Shown in pieces: positions 49,028-60,830 of a stretch of 64,000 nt of DNA (position 1 is its first letter; each line of letters opens with the position of its first letter). The stretch lies in assembly GCA_051313645.2 (NCBI GenBank), contig JBNRSN020000003.1, positions 245,148,001 through 245,212,000 of the forward strand, read 5' to 3'. The notes beneath the pieces were generated by a model. That model was not told where the DNA came from, searched no databases, and saw only the letters and a program-made list of their open reading frames with translations. The stretch is from Centroscyllium fabricii. Its lineage: Eukaryota. Position numbers and translations under genes: made by a program.

Positions 49028-50469
49028 TGGTTCAGACACCCCATCTGAATTCTAATCTGCATGTCCAGCACAGTTTTCTGTTAATTTAACACCTTGTGAG
49101 CTAGGTTTAGCTCAATAATAGAATTTTTAGCAGAAATGACACCAATGTGGCAGTATAGTCAGAAATCCCCAAAAATGACAGGTATCAAACCTCAATAAGA
49201 ACCACACTGCCCCGATCCATTTCTACCTTGCTAATAATAGTTGTGAAGCTGTCAGTAATACAAATGTATTTTTGTATTATTTGTAATTCATTGATTGTAG
49301 CATTTTCTTTCTAATTTAGATAGTTATACTTTTTGTTGTACTTTTTAAACTGAATTTTGGATAAGGAGAGCGCTAATCTTTTACTTATGGAACATAAATA
49401 AAATCTACAACTAAGTGAATCTACAGCTATGGGAAAAATGTGATCATTTTTTAAAAGTTTTTGAATTTTTCCAATACTAGTTTGAACAAAATAATGAGAC
49501 TGTTTTGCATTTTGTAAGGACGCTATTATAGTTTGATTGTGTTATGGATCTGTTTTACTTTTTAAGTGTTGAGTGGGTATTAAACACCCCTGTAGGAAAA
49601 TTCATGGACAATAAAAGTTTGTAATGGCCACAACTAGGCTTTTATAAAGCATCTTTTGTGCACTGGTGACAAATTATATTATGACCTGGTATGAAGTTGT
49701 TGACAGCAGTGTACTGTTATAAGTCAGGCATCACTTTCTGCTGGAATGTCCAAAAGAAAGATTTTTTCTTTTTGTGGTCCTTCTGCCTTTAAGAGCAAAC
49801 TGTATCAGATAAATGATCACATAAACCAATCTGAGGTTTCTTTCAAACTGCAGAGGTTTTGATTTTTAACAGCTGTGTTAGGTCTTTAATCATATATTAT
49901 CTTTTAGAGCCGTTTCCGAGCATATGTTAATTGGCTCCTTTCTGTGACAAATTATGAACACTTACTTTGATGAGGTTCAACTGTGATCATGTTGGAGTCG
50001 AGTAAGAAGACTTTTCAGTCCCTGCTGGTTCCCCAAACCACTACAAACAGCTGCACGTCACTGTAGTGCTGAGTAATGACAGGATTTGGTCTGATCTGAT
50101 TTATGTACAGATTTTCCACAGGATATCTCCAGCTTTTTAGTATTAGAATCGTGGATCTCTTTTGTCTTTTATGCAGAATGTGGTCAAATGCTGTCATAGG
50201 TCTTAAAGTCCATGTGTAAACCAAGACAATTGTTCTATACTTCCTCTACTACACCGTCACTTGTTCGGGTTATAGTCAGAATAGTTGGTAAATACAGATG
50301 ACTTTTGCATTACTGATTATTTTCTTTCATAGCCATTTATGAGCTCTCCTTAACTTTATTTTTTACAATGTTTTAGGAAATTTTGCCTTTTTCTTTTTGT
50401 GATGCCCATGTCAATTACTAGTAAATTCCCTGTGGCATTGCTTGTAGACAGTGCTGGCACTGGGAAATG

Positions 50470-51672
50470 AATGATTTACTAAACCCAGGCCATGTCTGCC
50501 TATTCCACCGATTCAGGTGGAAGTAAAAAATCCCATGACCCTATTTGAAGAACAACAGGGATTTCTTCTGGCCAACATTCCTCCCTCAACCAATACCACA
50601 AAAAAACCCCATATAGAATCATAGAAATTTATGTCACAGAAGGAGGCCTTTCGGTCCATCGTGTCTGTGCTGGCCATAAAGGGCTATCCAACCTAACCCA
50701 TTTTCCAGTACTTGGTCCATAGCCTTGTAGGATACAGCACTTCAAGTGCATATCCAAGTATTTTTTAAATACACTGAGGGTTTCTGCCTCTACCACCCTT
50801 TCAGGCAGTGAGTTCAAGACCCCCGCCACCCTCTAGGTAAAAACAAGTTGTCTTCAATGTCCCTTTAATCCTTCTATCAATTACTTTAAATCTATGCCCC
50901 CAGTTATTGCACTCTAAGGGAAGTAGATCCTTCCTATCCATTCTATCCAGGCACCTCATAATTTTATATGCCTCAATTAAATCTCCCCTCAGCCTCCTCT
51001 GTTCCAAAGAGAACAACCTCAGTCTATCCAATCTTTTGTCATTGCTAAAATTCTCCAGTCCTGGCAACATCTTCATAAATCTCCTCTGTACCCTCTCTGG
51101 TGTAATCACATCTTTCCTGTAATGTGGTGACCAGAAATGCACGCAGTACTCTAGCTGAGGCCTAACTAGTGTTTTATACAGTTGAAGCATAACCCCCCCT
51201 GCTTTTGTATACTATGCCACGGCTAATAAAGACAAGTATTCCGTATGCCTTCTTAACCACCTTATCGACCTGTCCTGCTACCTTCAGGGATCTGTGGACA
51301 TGCACTCTAAGGTCCCTTTGTTCCTCTACACTTCTTTGTATCCGACCATTCATTGTGCATTCCCTTGCCTTGTTAGCTCTCCCCAAATGCTTTACCTCAC
51401 ACTTTTCCAGATTGAATTCCATTTGCCACTTTTCTGCCCACGTGACCAGTCCATTGATCTCTCCCTGCAGTCTACAGCTTTCTTCCTCACTATCAACTGC
51501 ACGGCCAATTTTTGTATCATCTGCGAATTCATCTCATTGCTGTTTGTGGCATCTTGCTGTGTGCAGAATGGCTTACAGAACAACGGGAACTGCACTTCAA
51601 AAGTAATGCATTGAATGTGAATCACTTTGGCATTTATTTAGAGCCTTATATCTTAGGGCATGCAAGTTCATT
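50470..51672 (+). mobile_element. Deu-domain SINE split by a CR1 (parts ~50470-50605 and ~51528-51672)
   Basis: CTGGCCAACATTCCTCCCTCAACC stops at the CR1 tail; CTCATTGCTGTTTGTGG resumes after it. Confidence 0.65.
50611..51527 (-). mobile_element. CR1 LINE 3' fragment (second subfamily)
   Basis: FADDTK...MEFNLEKCEV, LYKTLVRPQLEYC, RRLRGDLI; (ATAGAATC)n tail. Confidence 0.9.
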
Positions 51673-51990
51673 CTTTGTAGGTACTGGAAATGAAAGAGTG
51701 TGTGTTTATAAAGCACTTGTAAAAAACTAAATCTAATATATTATACATCCATCATCATAAATATAGTCTCTTCATATTTCAGTAAAGTATGATACATGCA
51801 GGAATATTATGTATTCAGTCAAACAAATTGTGTTATTTTTTAGTAAAACCCTCTCCATGTTAGCCTTGGCTAGTACTTTTGCTTCTGCCTAGAAGATTGT
51901 GGGTTCCAGTCCAGGACTTGAGCATAAGAACATAAGAAATAGGAGCAGGAATAGGCCATTTGGCCCTTCGGGTCTGCTCCGCCATTCAAT

Positions 51991-54003
51991 AAAACACAAA
52001 CAACCTCCCGGAGATGTCAGGGAACATAGGGACTAATGAGTGGGAGGAACTGAAAGAAATCAGTATTTGTAGGGAAATGGTTTTGGGGAAGTTGACGGGA
52101 TTGAAGGCCGATAAATCCCCAGGGCCTGATAATCTACATCCTAGGGTACTTAAGGAAGTGGCCCTGGAGATAGCAGATGCATTGCTGATCAATTTCCAGA
52201 ACTCGATAGACTCTGGAACAGTGCCCATGGATTGGAGGGTCGCTAATGTTACCCCACGATTCAAAAAAGGTGGTAGAGAAAAAGTGGGGAAAATGCTAGA
52301 GTCCATTATAAAAGATGTAATAGCAGAGCACTTGGAAAGCAGTGACAGGATCGGACAAAGTCAACATGGATTTACAAAGGGAAAATCGTGCTTGACTAAT
52401 CTAATGGAATTTTTCGAGGATGTAACTGGTAGAATAGATAAGGGAGAACCAGTGAATGTGGTGTATTTTGGACTTTCAAAAGGCTTTCGACAAGGTCCCG
52501 CGTAAGAGATTAGTGTGCAAAATTAAGGCACATCAGATGGGGGGCAAGGTATTGACTTGGATAGAGAGCTGGTTGGCAGATAGGAAGCAAAGAGTTGGAA
52601 TAAATGGGTCATTTTCCGAGTGGCAGGCAGTGACTAGTGGGGTACTGCAAGGGTTGGTCCTGGGACCCCAGCTGTTCACAATATATATTAATGGTCTGGA
52701 CGAAGGAACTAGATGAAACATCTCCAAATTTGCAGACGACACACACAGAAACACAGAAGATAGGAGCAGGAGTAGGCCATTCGGCCCTCCAAGCCTGCTC
52801 TGCCATTTTAATGAGATCATGGCTGATCATCCAAACCCAACACCCCAAGAACTATATCTCACACACATACTCATGGGCAATTTTTTTTAGTATCTCCAAT
52901 TCACCCTACCTGCATGTCTTTGGGTGGTGGGAGGAAACCAGAGTGCCCGGAGGAAACCCACATGAACACGGGGAGAACATGCAAATTCCATGCAGAGAGG
53001 TCCCAGGCCAAGCAGGATTTGAACCCAGGAGCTCCTAATTGCGAGGCAGCAGTGCTAACCACTGCGCCACCGTGTCGTCCGCAAAGCTGGGTGGGAGGGT
53101 ATGCTGCGAGGAGGATGTCGTGAAACTCCAGTATGATTTGGACAGGTTGGGTGATTGGGCAGAAACATGGCAAATGCACTATAATGTGGATAAATGTGAG
53201 GTTATCCACTTTGGTGGCAAAAACAGGAAGGCAGATTATTATTTGAATGGCAATAGATTGGGAGAAGGGGAAGTGCAGCGAGACCTGGGTGTTCTTGTGC
53301 ACCAGTCACTGAAGGTAAGCATGCAGGTGCAGCAGGCGGTTAAGAAGGCAAATGGTATGTTGGCCTTCATAGCAAGAAGGTTCGAGTACAGGAACAAGGA
53401 TGTCTTGCTGCAGCTGTACAGGGCCTTGGTGAGACCGCACCTTGAGTATTGTGTGCAGTTTTGGTTGCCTTATCTGAGGAAGGATATTCTTGCCTTGGAA
53501 GGATTGCAGCGAAGATTCACCAGGCTGATAACTGGGATGGATGGCAGGAATGACCTATGAGGAGAGATTGTGTCGATTGGGCCTATACTCACTGGAGTTT
53601 AGAAGATTGAGAGGGGATCTCATCGAAACCTATAAAATTCTGTCAGGCCTAGACAGACTAGATGCAGGAAGGATGTTCCCGATGGCCGGGGAGTCCAGAA
53701 CCAGGGGTCATAGTCTAAGGATAAGGGGTAAGCCATTTAGGACTGAGATGAGGAGGAATTTCTTCACCCAGAGAGTGGTGAACCTGTGGAATTCTCTGCC
53801 ACAGAAGGCGGTGGAGGCCAATTCATTAAATATGTTCAAGAAGGAGTTGGATATATTCCTTAAGGCTAAAGGGATCAAGGGATATGGGGAGAAGGCAGGG
53901 ACAGGGTACTGAAATTGAATGATCAGCCATGATCTCATTGAATGGCGGAGCAGGCTCGAGGGGCCGAATGGCCTACTCCTGCTCCTATCTTCTGTGTTTC
54001 TAT
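51991..54003 (+). mobile_element. CR1 LINE (plus strand), 5' truncated
   Basis: GPDNLHPRVLKE, QHGFTKGKSCLTNL, FADD|KLGG split by a [21 protein letters not shown], tail CTTCTGTGTTTCTATG. Confidence 0.92.
52741..53080 (-). mobile_element. V-SINE inserted at the CR1 FADD motif
   Basis: tRNA head CACGGTGGCGCAGTGGTTAGCACTG, V-domain GGAATTTGCATGTTCTCCCCGTG, CR1 tail. Confidence 0.85.
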
Positions 54004-56209
54004 GGCTGATCTTCTACCTCATCTCCACTTCCCTGCACTATCCCCATATCCCTTGTTCCCCTTAATATTCAAAAATCTCTCGATCTCCTTCTTGAATATA
54101 CTTACCCCCCTCTGGGGTAGAGAATTCCAAAGATTCACCACCCTCGGAGTGAAGAAAGTTCTCCTCCTCTCAGTTCTAAATGGCTGACCCCTTATTCTGA
54201 GATTGTGACCCTTGGTTCTAGACTCCCCAGCCAGTGTAAACATCCTCTCTGCATCTACCCTGTCAAGTCCTGTAAGAATTTTGTATGTTCCAATGAGATC
54301 ACCTCTCGTTCTTCTAAACTCTATAGAATATAGGCCTTGTATACTCAATCTCTCCTCATAGGACAATCCCCCCCATCCCAGGAACCAGTCTGGTGAACCT
54401 TTGTTGCACTCCCTCTGTGGCAAGTATATCCTTCCTTAGGTAAGGAGACCAAAACTGTACACAATACTCCAGGTGTGGTCTCACCAGGGCCCTGTATAAT
54501 TACAGTAACCCTACATAATTACAGTAAGGTGTTTTACTCTTATTCACAAATCTTCTTGCAATAAAAACCAACATACCATTCTAATTGCTTGCTATACCTG
54601 CATGTTAACTTTCAGTGATTCTTGTGCAAGGACACCTGAACACCAACATTTCCCAATCTCTCACCATTTAAAAAAGTCTCTGCTTTTCTATTTTCCTACC
54701 AAAATGGATAACTTCTCATTTTCTACATTCTATTCCATTTGTCATGTTTATTGCCCACTCTCTTAGCCTGTCTATATCCCCTTGGAGCCTCCTTGCATCC
54801 TCCTCACAACTTACATTCCCACCCAGCTTTGTATCATCAGCAAATTTGGATATACAGAGTATAACATTTGGTCCCCCCATCCAAATCATTGATGTAGATG
54901 GTGAATAGCTGAGGCCTAAGCACTGATCCTTGTGGTACCCTATTAGTTACAGCCTACCAACCCGAAAATGACCCATTTATTCCTACTCCCTGCTTTCTGT
55001 CCATTAACCAATCCTCGATCCATGCTAGCATAGTATCCCCAATCCCATGAGCCCTAATTTTGTTTAATAAGCTCTTTTGTGGCACCTTATCGAATGCCTT
55101 CTGAAAATCCAAATACACCACATCTGCTGGTCCCCCCCCCTTACCTATTCTGCTAGTTACAACCTCAAAAGCTCTTAACAGATTTGTCAAACACGATTTC
55201 TCTTTCATAAATCCGTGTTGACTCTGCCCACTCCTATTATTATTTTCAAAGTGCCCTGTTACCATGTCCTTAATAATAGAATTCTAGCATTTTCCCTTCT
55301 TCTGATGTCAGGCTAACTGGTCTGTAGTTCTCTGTTTTCTCTCTCCCTATTTTCTTAAATAGTGAGTTTACATTTGCTACCTTCCAATCCACGGGAACCA
55401 TTCTAGAATCTATGGAATTTTGGAAAAAGACAACCAATGCATCCACTATCTCTATAGCCAGCTCCTTTCAAAACCCTATGAAGCAGGCCATTGGGTCCAG
55501 GAGATTTATCGACTTTGGGTCTCATTAATTTCTACTATTATTTTACTAATCATAATTTCTTTTAGTTCCTTATTCTTGCTAGAACCTTGGTTTTCCACTA
55601 TTTCCGGGACGTTTTTTGCGTCTTCTTCAGTGAAGACAGACACAAAGCATTTGTTTAATTTCTCTGCTATTTCCTTATTCCATATTATAATTTCCCCTGT
55701 CTTAGCCTGTAAGGAACCCACATTTACTTCTGCTAATCTTTTCCTTTTTACATACCTATATAATCTATGCTGACAGTTTACTGCAGTACGGAGGGACTAC
55801 TGCACTGTTGGAGGTGCTGTCTTTCAGATGAGATATTAGAACAATTCCCTGTCTAACTGGACATATAAAAACCCCTGTAACTATTCGAAAAAGAGAAGGG
55901 AGTTCTGGATAACATTTATCCTTCAACCAACATCACTAAAACAGATTATCTGCTCATTTATCTCATTGCTATTTGTGGAACCTTGCCGAGTGCAAATTGG
56001 CTGCTGCATTTTCCTACATTACAACAGTGATTACATTGCAAAAGTACAGGCGAACCTCACTATAATAAACCCACTCTGGATTGACAGAAAATATTGTTAT
56101 ATTAGAGTGTTTATTATAATAGGGTGTTTGATGATTTGCTGCATCATAAAAATAAAGAAACAACCAATTTGAATTGAACACTATATGTTTAAAAAAAACT
56201 ATACATATA

Positions 56210-56337
56210 CATAGAATCATAGAATCCCTACAGTGCAGATAGAGGCCATTTCGGCCCATCGAGCCTGCACCGACACATATCCCACCCTATCCCCGTAACC
56301 CCACATATTCCCACCCTATCCCCGTAACCCCACATAC
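56210..56337 (-). mobile_element. V-SINE 3' tail fragment with tandem duplication
   Basis: (ATAGAATC)n tail, TCGAGCCTGCACCGACACATAT, and CCCACCCTATCCCCGTAACCCCACATA twice. Confidence 0.75.
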
Positions 56338-57260
56338 ATTCTCTTGTTAATCAGTCCAAAAAGATCCTCAGTTACAGGTAATGGTAAAATTGCCTTCCTG
56401 TACTCAAAAAGCAAAGGGACAACTAGTCCTGTGCCTTCCATGTCCTCGTCACCAGAAGTTTCCTTGTCCTCTTCATCAACTCAACGTCACTGATTTAGTT
56501 ATGTCCTAATTGCTCATAGTTGCTCGTGTAGGGGTTTGGTTTTCTTCAAATTCAATTTCTTGTAATTTTGTGTCTGAAATTCCCAGTGTCTCTCATTCCT
56601 CTCTAACAGATGACATTTCCTTTTTTTGATCCCCATTTTCTGCAGAACATCCAACATGTTTAAAGCAGCTCACAAAATGTGTTGCTGACACCTTTGTTTT
56701 GCATGTGAAGTGCTTGGCTTGCAGAAAGTTGACCTGGATTTTTTTACCATTGGTCATGCGCTCTGTCATCTCCCTCGGTAGGAACTTTCTGTGTCATGAT
56801 TTAAACATGGAGTGACACCCTGGTTCATGAGTTGTAGGACACTTGTTGCATTATGAGGGAGAAAATGCATGGTGACTGCTTTCAGGTCTTTGACTTTCAA
56901 ATGTGCAGGGGCATTGTCCATCATGTTTTCTTCTAGTAATGTGCTGTTTGCTTTGTTTAGTGCCAGCACAGGCATTGTCACCATTGTCCAGAGTTTTATT
57001 GGGAAAGAGCTGATTTAAAAAAAAGTCCAGTTTTGTCATTGTTACAAATGTCTCTTTGGTTCTGTAAGAGATTGAATAATATGTGAGCCATGCGCTAGTC
57101 ACCTTTGCATTAGCCCCACCTTTTTTTTTACCAATGACTGTCTAAAATTGTAAATCATGCTGCTGCTTAGTGATTCAGCTATCCATTTGAAGTTTTCGAT
57201 ACCTAAAGAACAGCCAAATCTTTCGGCCTTTGCCTGTAACGCATCACCTGACACCGGAAT

Positions 57261-59230
57261 TGTTAAGTCCGCGCTATCAAGTTATAGTAACAGCGGACTA
57301 GACTTCAAGGTATGAAAACTAAGAGATGTTTATTCTACATTACAGAGTCTGGAACTGAGCATCTCGCTCCACGCATGAACTTATATACAACTGTGGTAGA
57401 CCGCGGTACTTCAATATCCTGGCACAACATAAAGTAGTGCTCAGTATAAACCCTTAAAGGTACATACACCACATTCCTCCCCTCTTAATTTATCTTTTAC
57501 GGTACAACATTTCAGAATACGAGGGGGACTAACAATAAACTATTTATATAATAATCCGATATGTACAAGTTACAGGTTCAGTCTTTGTGGGGGTCTGTGG
57601 TCTTTAGTTGGATACCGCCTTCTAACGGCCGGGGTAGAAATGGTCCTTGATGACTCACGGTCCATGTCTACCTCCGGTGGACATTCATCAAGCGCCTTGT
57701 CGTGGGAGATTATCCGTTCTGTTGACGCCGTGGTTTGGGGTAACTCATTATTGGCTACCATAGCCTTCACAATTTGGTCAGTGTGTCTTCTGATTTGCCC
57801 CTCTTGCGTGTCCACAGTGTATGATAATGGTCCTTGTCGATGACTGATTGTTCCAGCCTGCCTGTCTATAGTCTCTGGTCAACACATCTCGACCCACATC
57901 AAAGCTCCTGATTTCCCGGTCAGAAGCTTTTTGGGGGATCCTGCTTTCTACATCACGTCTGATGTTTGGTTGTAACAGATCTGATCTGTTATGTAATCTC
58001 CTGTTAAAAAATAAGACTGCAGGCGCTTGATTAGTTGTATGAGCAACATTACGGTATGCAAATAGAAAATTATCTATTTTGTGTTGTAAATCCAACTTTC
58101 CTCCCCCCGTGGCTTTTATGGCCTTTTTGAAAGTCTGAACGAACCTTTCGGCCAATTCATTAGTGGCCGGGTGATACGGCGCCAATTTATAATGCCGTAT
58201 TCCGTTCCTTTTTAAGAACGCTCGAAATTCCTCAGACACAAATTGAGGTCCATTGTCGGAACAAATTTGTTCCGGTATACCATTTCTGGCAAACATGGTT
58301 CTGAGAACTGTGATTGTCTTCTCCGCTGTGGTGGAGGACATTTTTATCACCTCTGGCCATTTGGAATGGGCGCCCACTACAACCAGGAACATGGCGTCCA
58401 TAAATGGCCCTGCAAAGTCTATATGGATCCTTTGCCATGTAGATGATGGCCACTCCCAAGGGTGTAGGGGTGCCTGGGGTGGTGCATTTGTACCATCTGG
58501 CAACCTGTACATTCTTTAGCCAGTTGTTTGATGTCTTTATCGATTCTAGGCCACCACACATATGCTCTGGCTAAGGACTTCATCTTGACCCCGCCCAAGT
58601 GTCCCTCGTGTAAGTCAATTAAAATTTGTTTGCGCAGTTTGAGTGGGATTACCACTCGGCCCCTGCACATTAACGTGCCCCGGCAGACCGATAACTGGTC
58701 TTTCCTGCTCGCGTAATCTGGCCATAGGTTTGAGATCCTCCATGGACCATCCTTTGATCACGATGCTAAAAGTTTTTGAAAGGCAGGGGTCATTCCTAGT
58801 TTCCCTTTCTATTTGCTGGCTGGTAACGGGCAATTGCTCCACTACTGCCGTGTGATATAGTTCTAGGGGATCCTGTTGTCCCCCCTCTCCTGTTTCTGGC
58901 AGGGGTAATCGAGACAGGCCGTCCTCATTACCATGCCTCTTGGTTCCTTTGTGTTCTATGGTGTATTTGTGTGCACCCAAGAACAGTGCCCATCTTTGCA
59001 GCCTTTGGGCTGTCCATTGTTAAGTCCGCGCTATCAAGTTATAATAACAGCGGACTAGACTTCAAGGTATGAAAACTAAGAGATGTTTATTCTATATTAC
59101 AGAGTCTGGAACTGAGCATATCGCTCCACGCATGAACTTATATACAACTGTGGTAGACCGCGGTACTGCAATATCCTGGCACTACATAAAGTAGTGCCCA
59201 GTATAAACCCTTAAAGGTACATACACCACA
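57261..59230 (-). mobile_element. internally deleted Gypsy LTR element retaining RNase H end and integrase
   Basis: 213-bp LTRs (57261-57473, 59018-59230); TSD GGAAT (57256-57260, 59231-59235); PPT AAGAGGGGAGGAA. Confidence 0.93.
57570..59013 (-). pseudogene. Gypsy RNase H C-terminus and integrase, frameshifted
   Basis: RLQRWALFL, DGLSRLP, LHEGHLG...CTGC, HIDFAGP, SDNGPQF, LAERFVQT. Confidence 0.88.
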
Positions 59231-60736
59231 GGAATGTTGCACTCTCTGGCTGTTTTAAACCAGCAATAGACTTCATCAAGATCTTCATGAATCACAGTAC
59301 AGATTTAGTTTCTCTGAATTGTGTTTCATCTTCGATAATAGCAGACTTGAAATTTCCTCTTTTAGCTCACACGGTTGCAACAGTGCTCTTTGCTAAGCCA
59401 AGTTCTTTGCAGATTTTGGGTTGCGATTTTTCCTTTATGGCCAAAGTCATTGATTACAGTACTTAACTTTTTGTTTTCAGAGACGAAGAAGATCTCTTAC
59501 TTGCCGCCTTCACGCATGTGCCTGTTTCCTCTTTGCAGTTGCCTCCCCATGTCCGTTGCCTTGTTACATTTTGTGTGTGGGCCATCTTATCAGTCAACAA
59601 ATGCATATGTCATGTGTGATTTGGACTAGAATTGGTTATCTTTCAATTAGCTTCAGCTTGAATTCCATCAATCCTGCTCAAGTGTTTTTTGTAGTATGAC
59701 TGGATTTCCAGTGGAAAAATCGGGTTTTTGCCTTTAGGATGTTATAAGCATCGTTAATTATAATGAAGTTAGCTTGTTCTTCGTTGCTGCAAAGCATTTT
59801 GAGGTGTCCTGGGAACGATGTGAAAGGTGTTATATAAATACATAGCTTTATCTCGTAGTAGCTTCTATTAAAAATTGCAGCTTTTGATAGTGTTAGAAAC
59901 TATTTGAAAATCTAAAAGAAGTTTCACAACAAAGTTTGGCCACCATCATTGTGGTAAAATTGGTGATGAAAACAAAATAAATGAATCCAGCAGCAAATCT
60001 CAAAATAGGAAAGCTCAAACAAAGCCAAATGGAAGACTCCATATAAACATAAAAAAATAGAGATGACTGGAAAGATGATTAGTGTTGAAGACTAATATAC
60101 TTCTGGGGTTCAGATAACACTGATTAGCAGCTTAACAAGGGCACAAGGTGAGGTGGCAGTGCTGATTAAGGAAGACATTGTAGTGTTGGAAAGGGAGGAT
60201 GTTCTTGAGGGGATAAGGACAGAATCCATTTGGTTAGAGTTGAGCAAAAAGGGTCTGATCATGCTTTTGGGGGTATAGTTGAGAGGGAGGTAGTGGAGAA
60301 AATCTGCAGGGAAATTGCAGAGATATGCAAGAGCTATAGAGTGGTGATATTGGGGGACTTTAATTATCCAAATATTGATTGGGATAATACTAAGGCAAAG
60401 GGAAAGGAGGGGGAGGAATTTCTGAAATGTGTTGATGAGAATTTATTTGACCAGTATGTTCTTGGCCTAACTAGGAAGAAGACATTGCTGGATCTGGTGC
60501 TGGGGAATGAGGTGGGCCAGGTCGACCAAGTGTCTGTGGGAGAACTCTTGGGTACGAGGGATCATCGTATCATAAGATTTAGATTAGCAATGGAGAGGAG
60601 CAAGGAACAATCTGGAGTGGAACTTCTAAACTGGAATAGGGCTAACTTGAATGGGATGCGAAAAGATCTAGCCAGGGTAAAATGGAACCAAAGACTGACA
60701 GGAAAAACTGCAATGGAACAATGGGTGATCTTTAAG

Positions 60737-60830
60737 GACAAATGCAAAAAGTCACACAACACCAGGTTTAAAGTCCAACGTTTTATTTTAAATCACAAGC
60801 TTTCGGAGCTTTTGCCCCTTCGTCAGGCAA
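60737..60830 (-). mobile_element. Penelope-like terminal fragment inserted in CR1
   Basis: Reverse complement CCTGACGAAGGGGCAAAAGCTCCGAAAGCTTGTGATTTAAAATAAAACGTTGGACTTTAAACCTGGTGTTGTGTGA matches 25866-25945. Confidence 0.8.
60794..60829 (-). ncRNA. minimal hammerhead ribozyme motif
   Basis: CTGACGA, stem II GGGGC-AAAA-GCTCC, GAAA, AAGCTT palindrome; stem I weak. Confidence 0.55.

Larger units (their letters stand above)
51923..55760 (-). mobile_element. CR1 LINE (minus strand), 3' tail at 51923-51990 and body at 54002-55760
   Basis: The tail ...CGCCATTCAATAA and ATGGCTGATC... join across the inserted plus-strand CR1; RT motifs [25 protein letters not shown]. Confidence 0.85.
51860..56045 (+). 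mobile_element. Deu-domain SINE split by nested CR1s (head ~51860-51925, body ~55760-56045)
   Basis: Head ...GGACTTGAGCATAA continues as TAATCTATGCTGACA...GGAGGTGCTGTCTTTCAGATGAG and the Deu core. Confidence 0.65.
56345..59760 (-). pseudogene. pogo/Tigger (CENP-B-like) transposase remnant split by an LTR element
   Basis: KICKELGLAKSTVAT (HTH); EDLDEVYCWFKTARECNI|PVSGDALQAKAERF reads across the LTR TSD; DDE-region MDNAPAH...HFLPHNATSVLQLMNQGV. Outer boundaries approximate. Confidence 0.8.
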
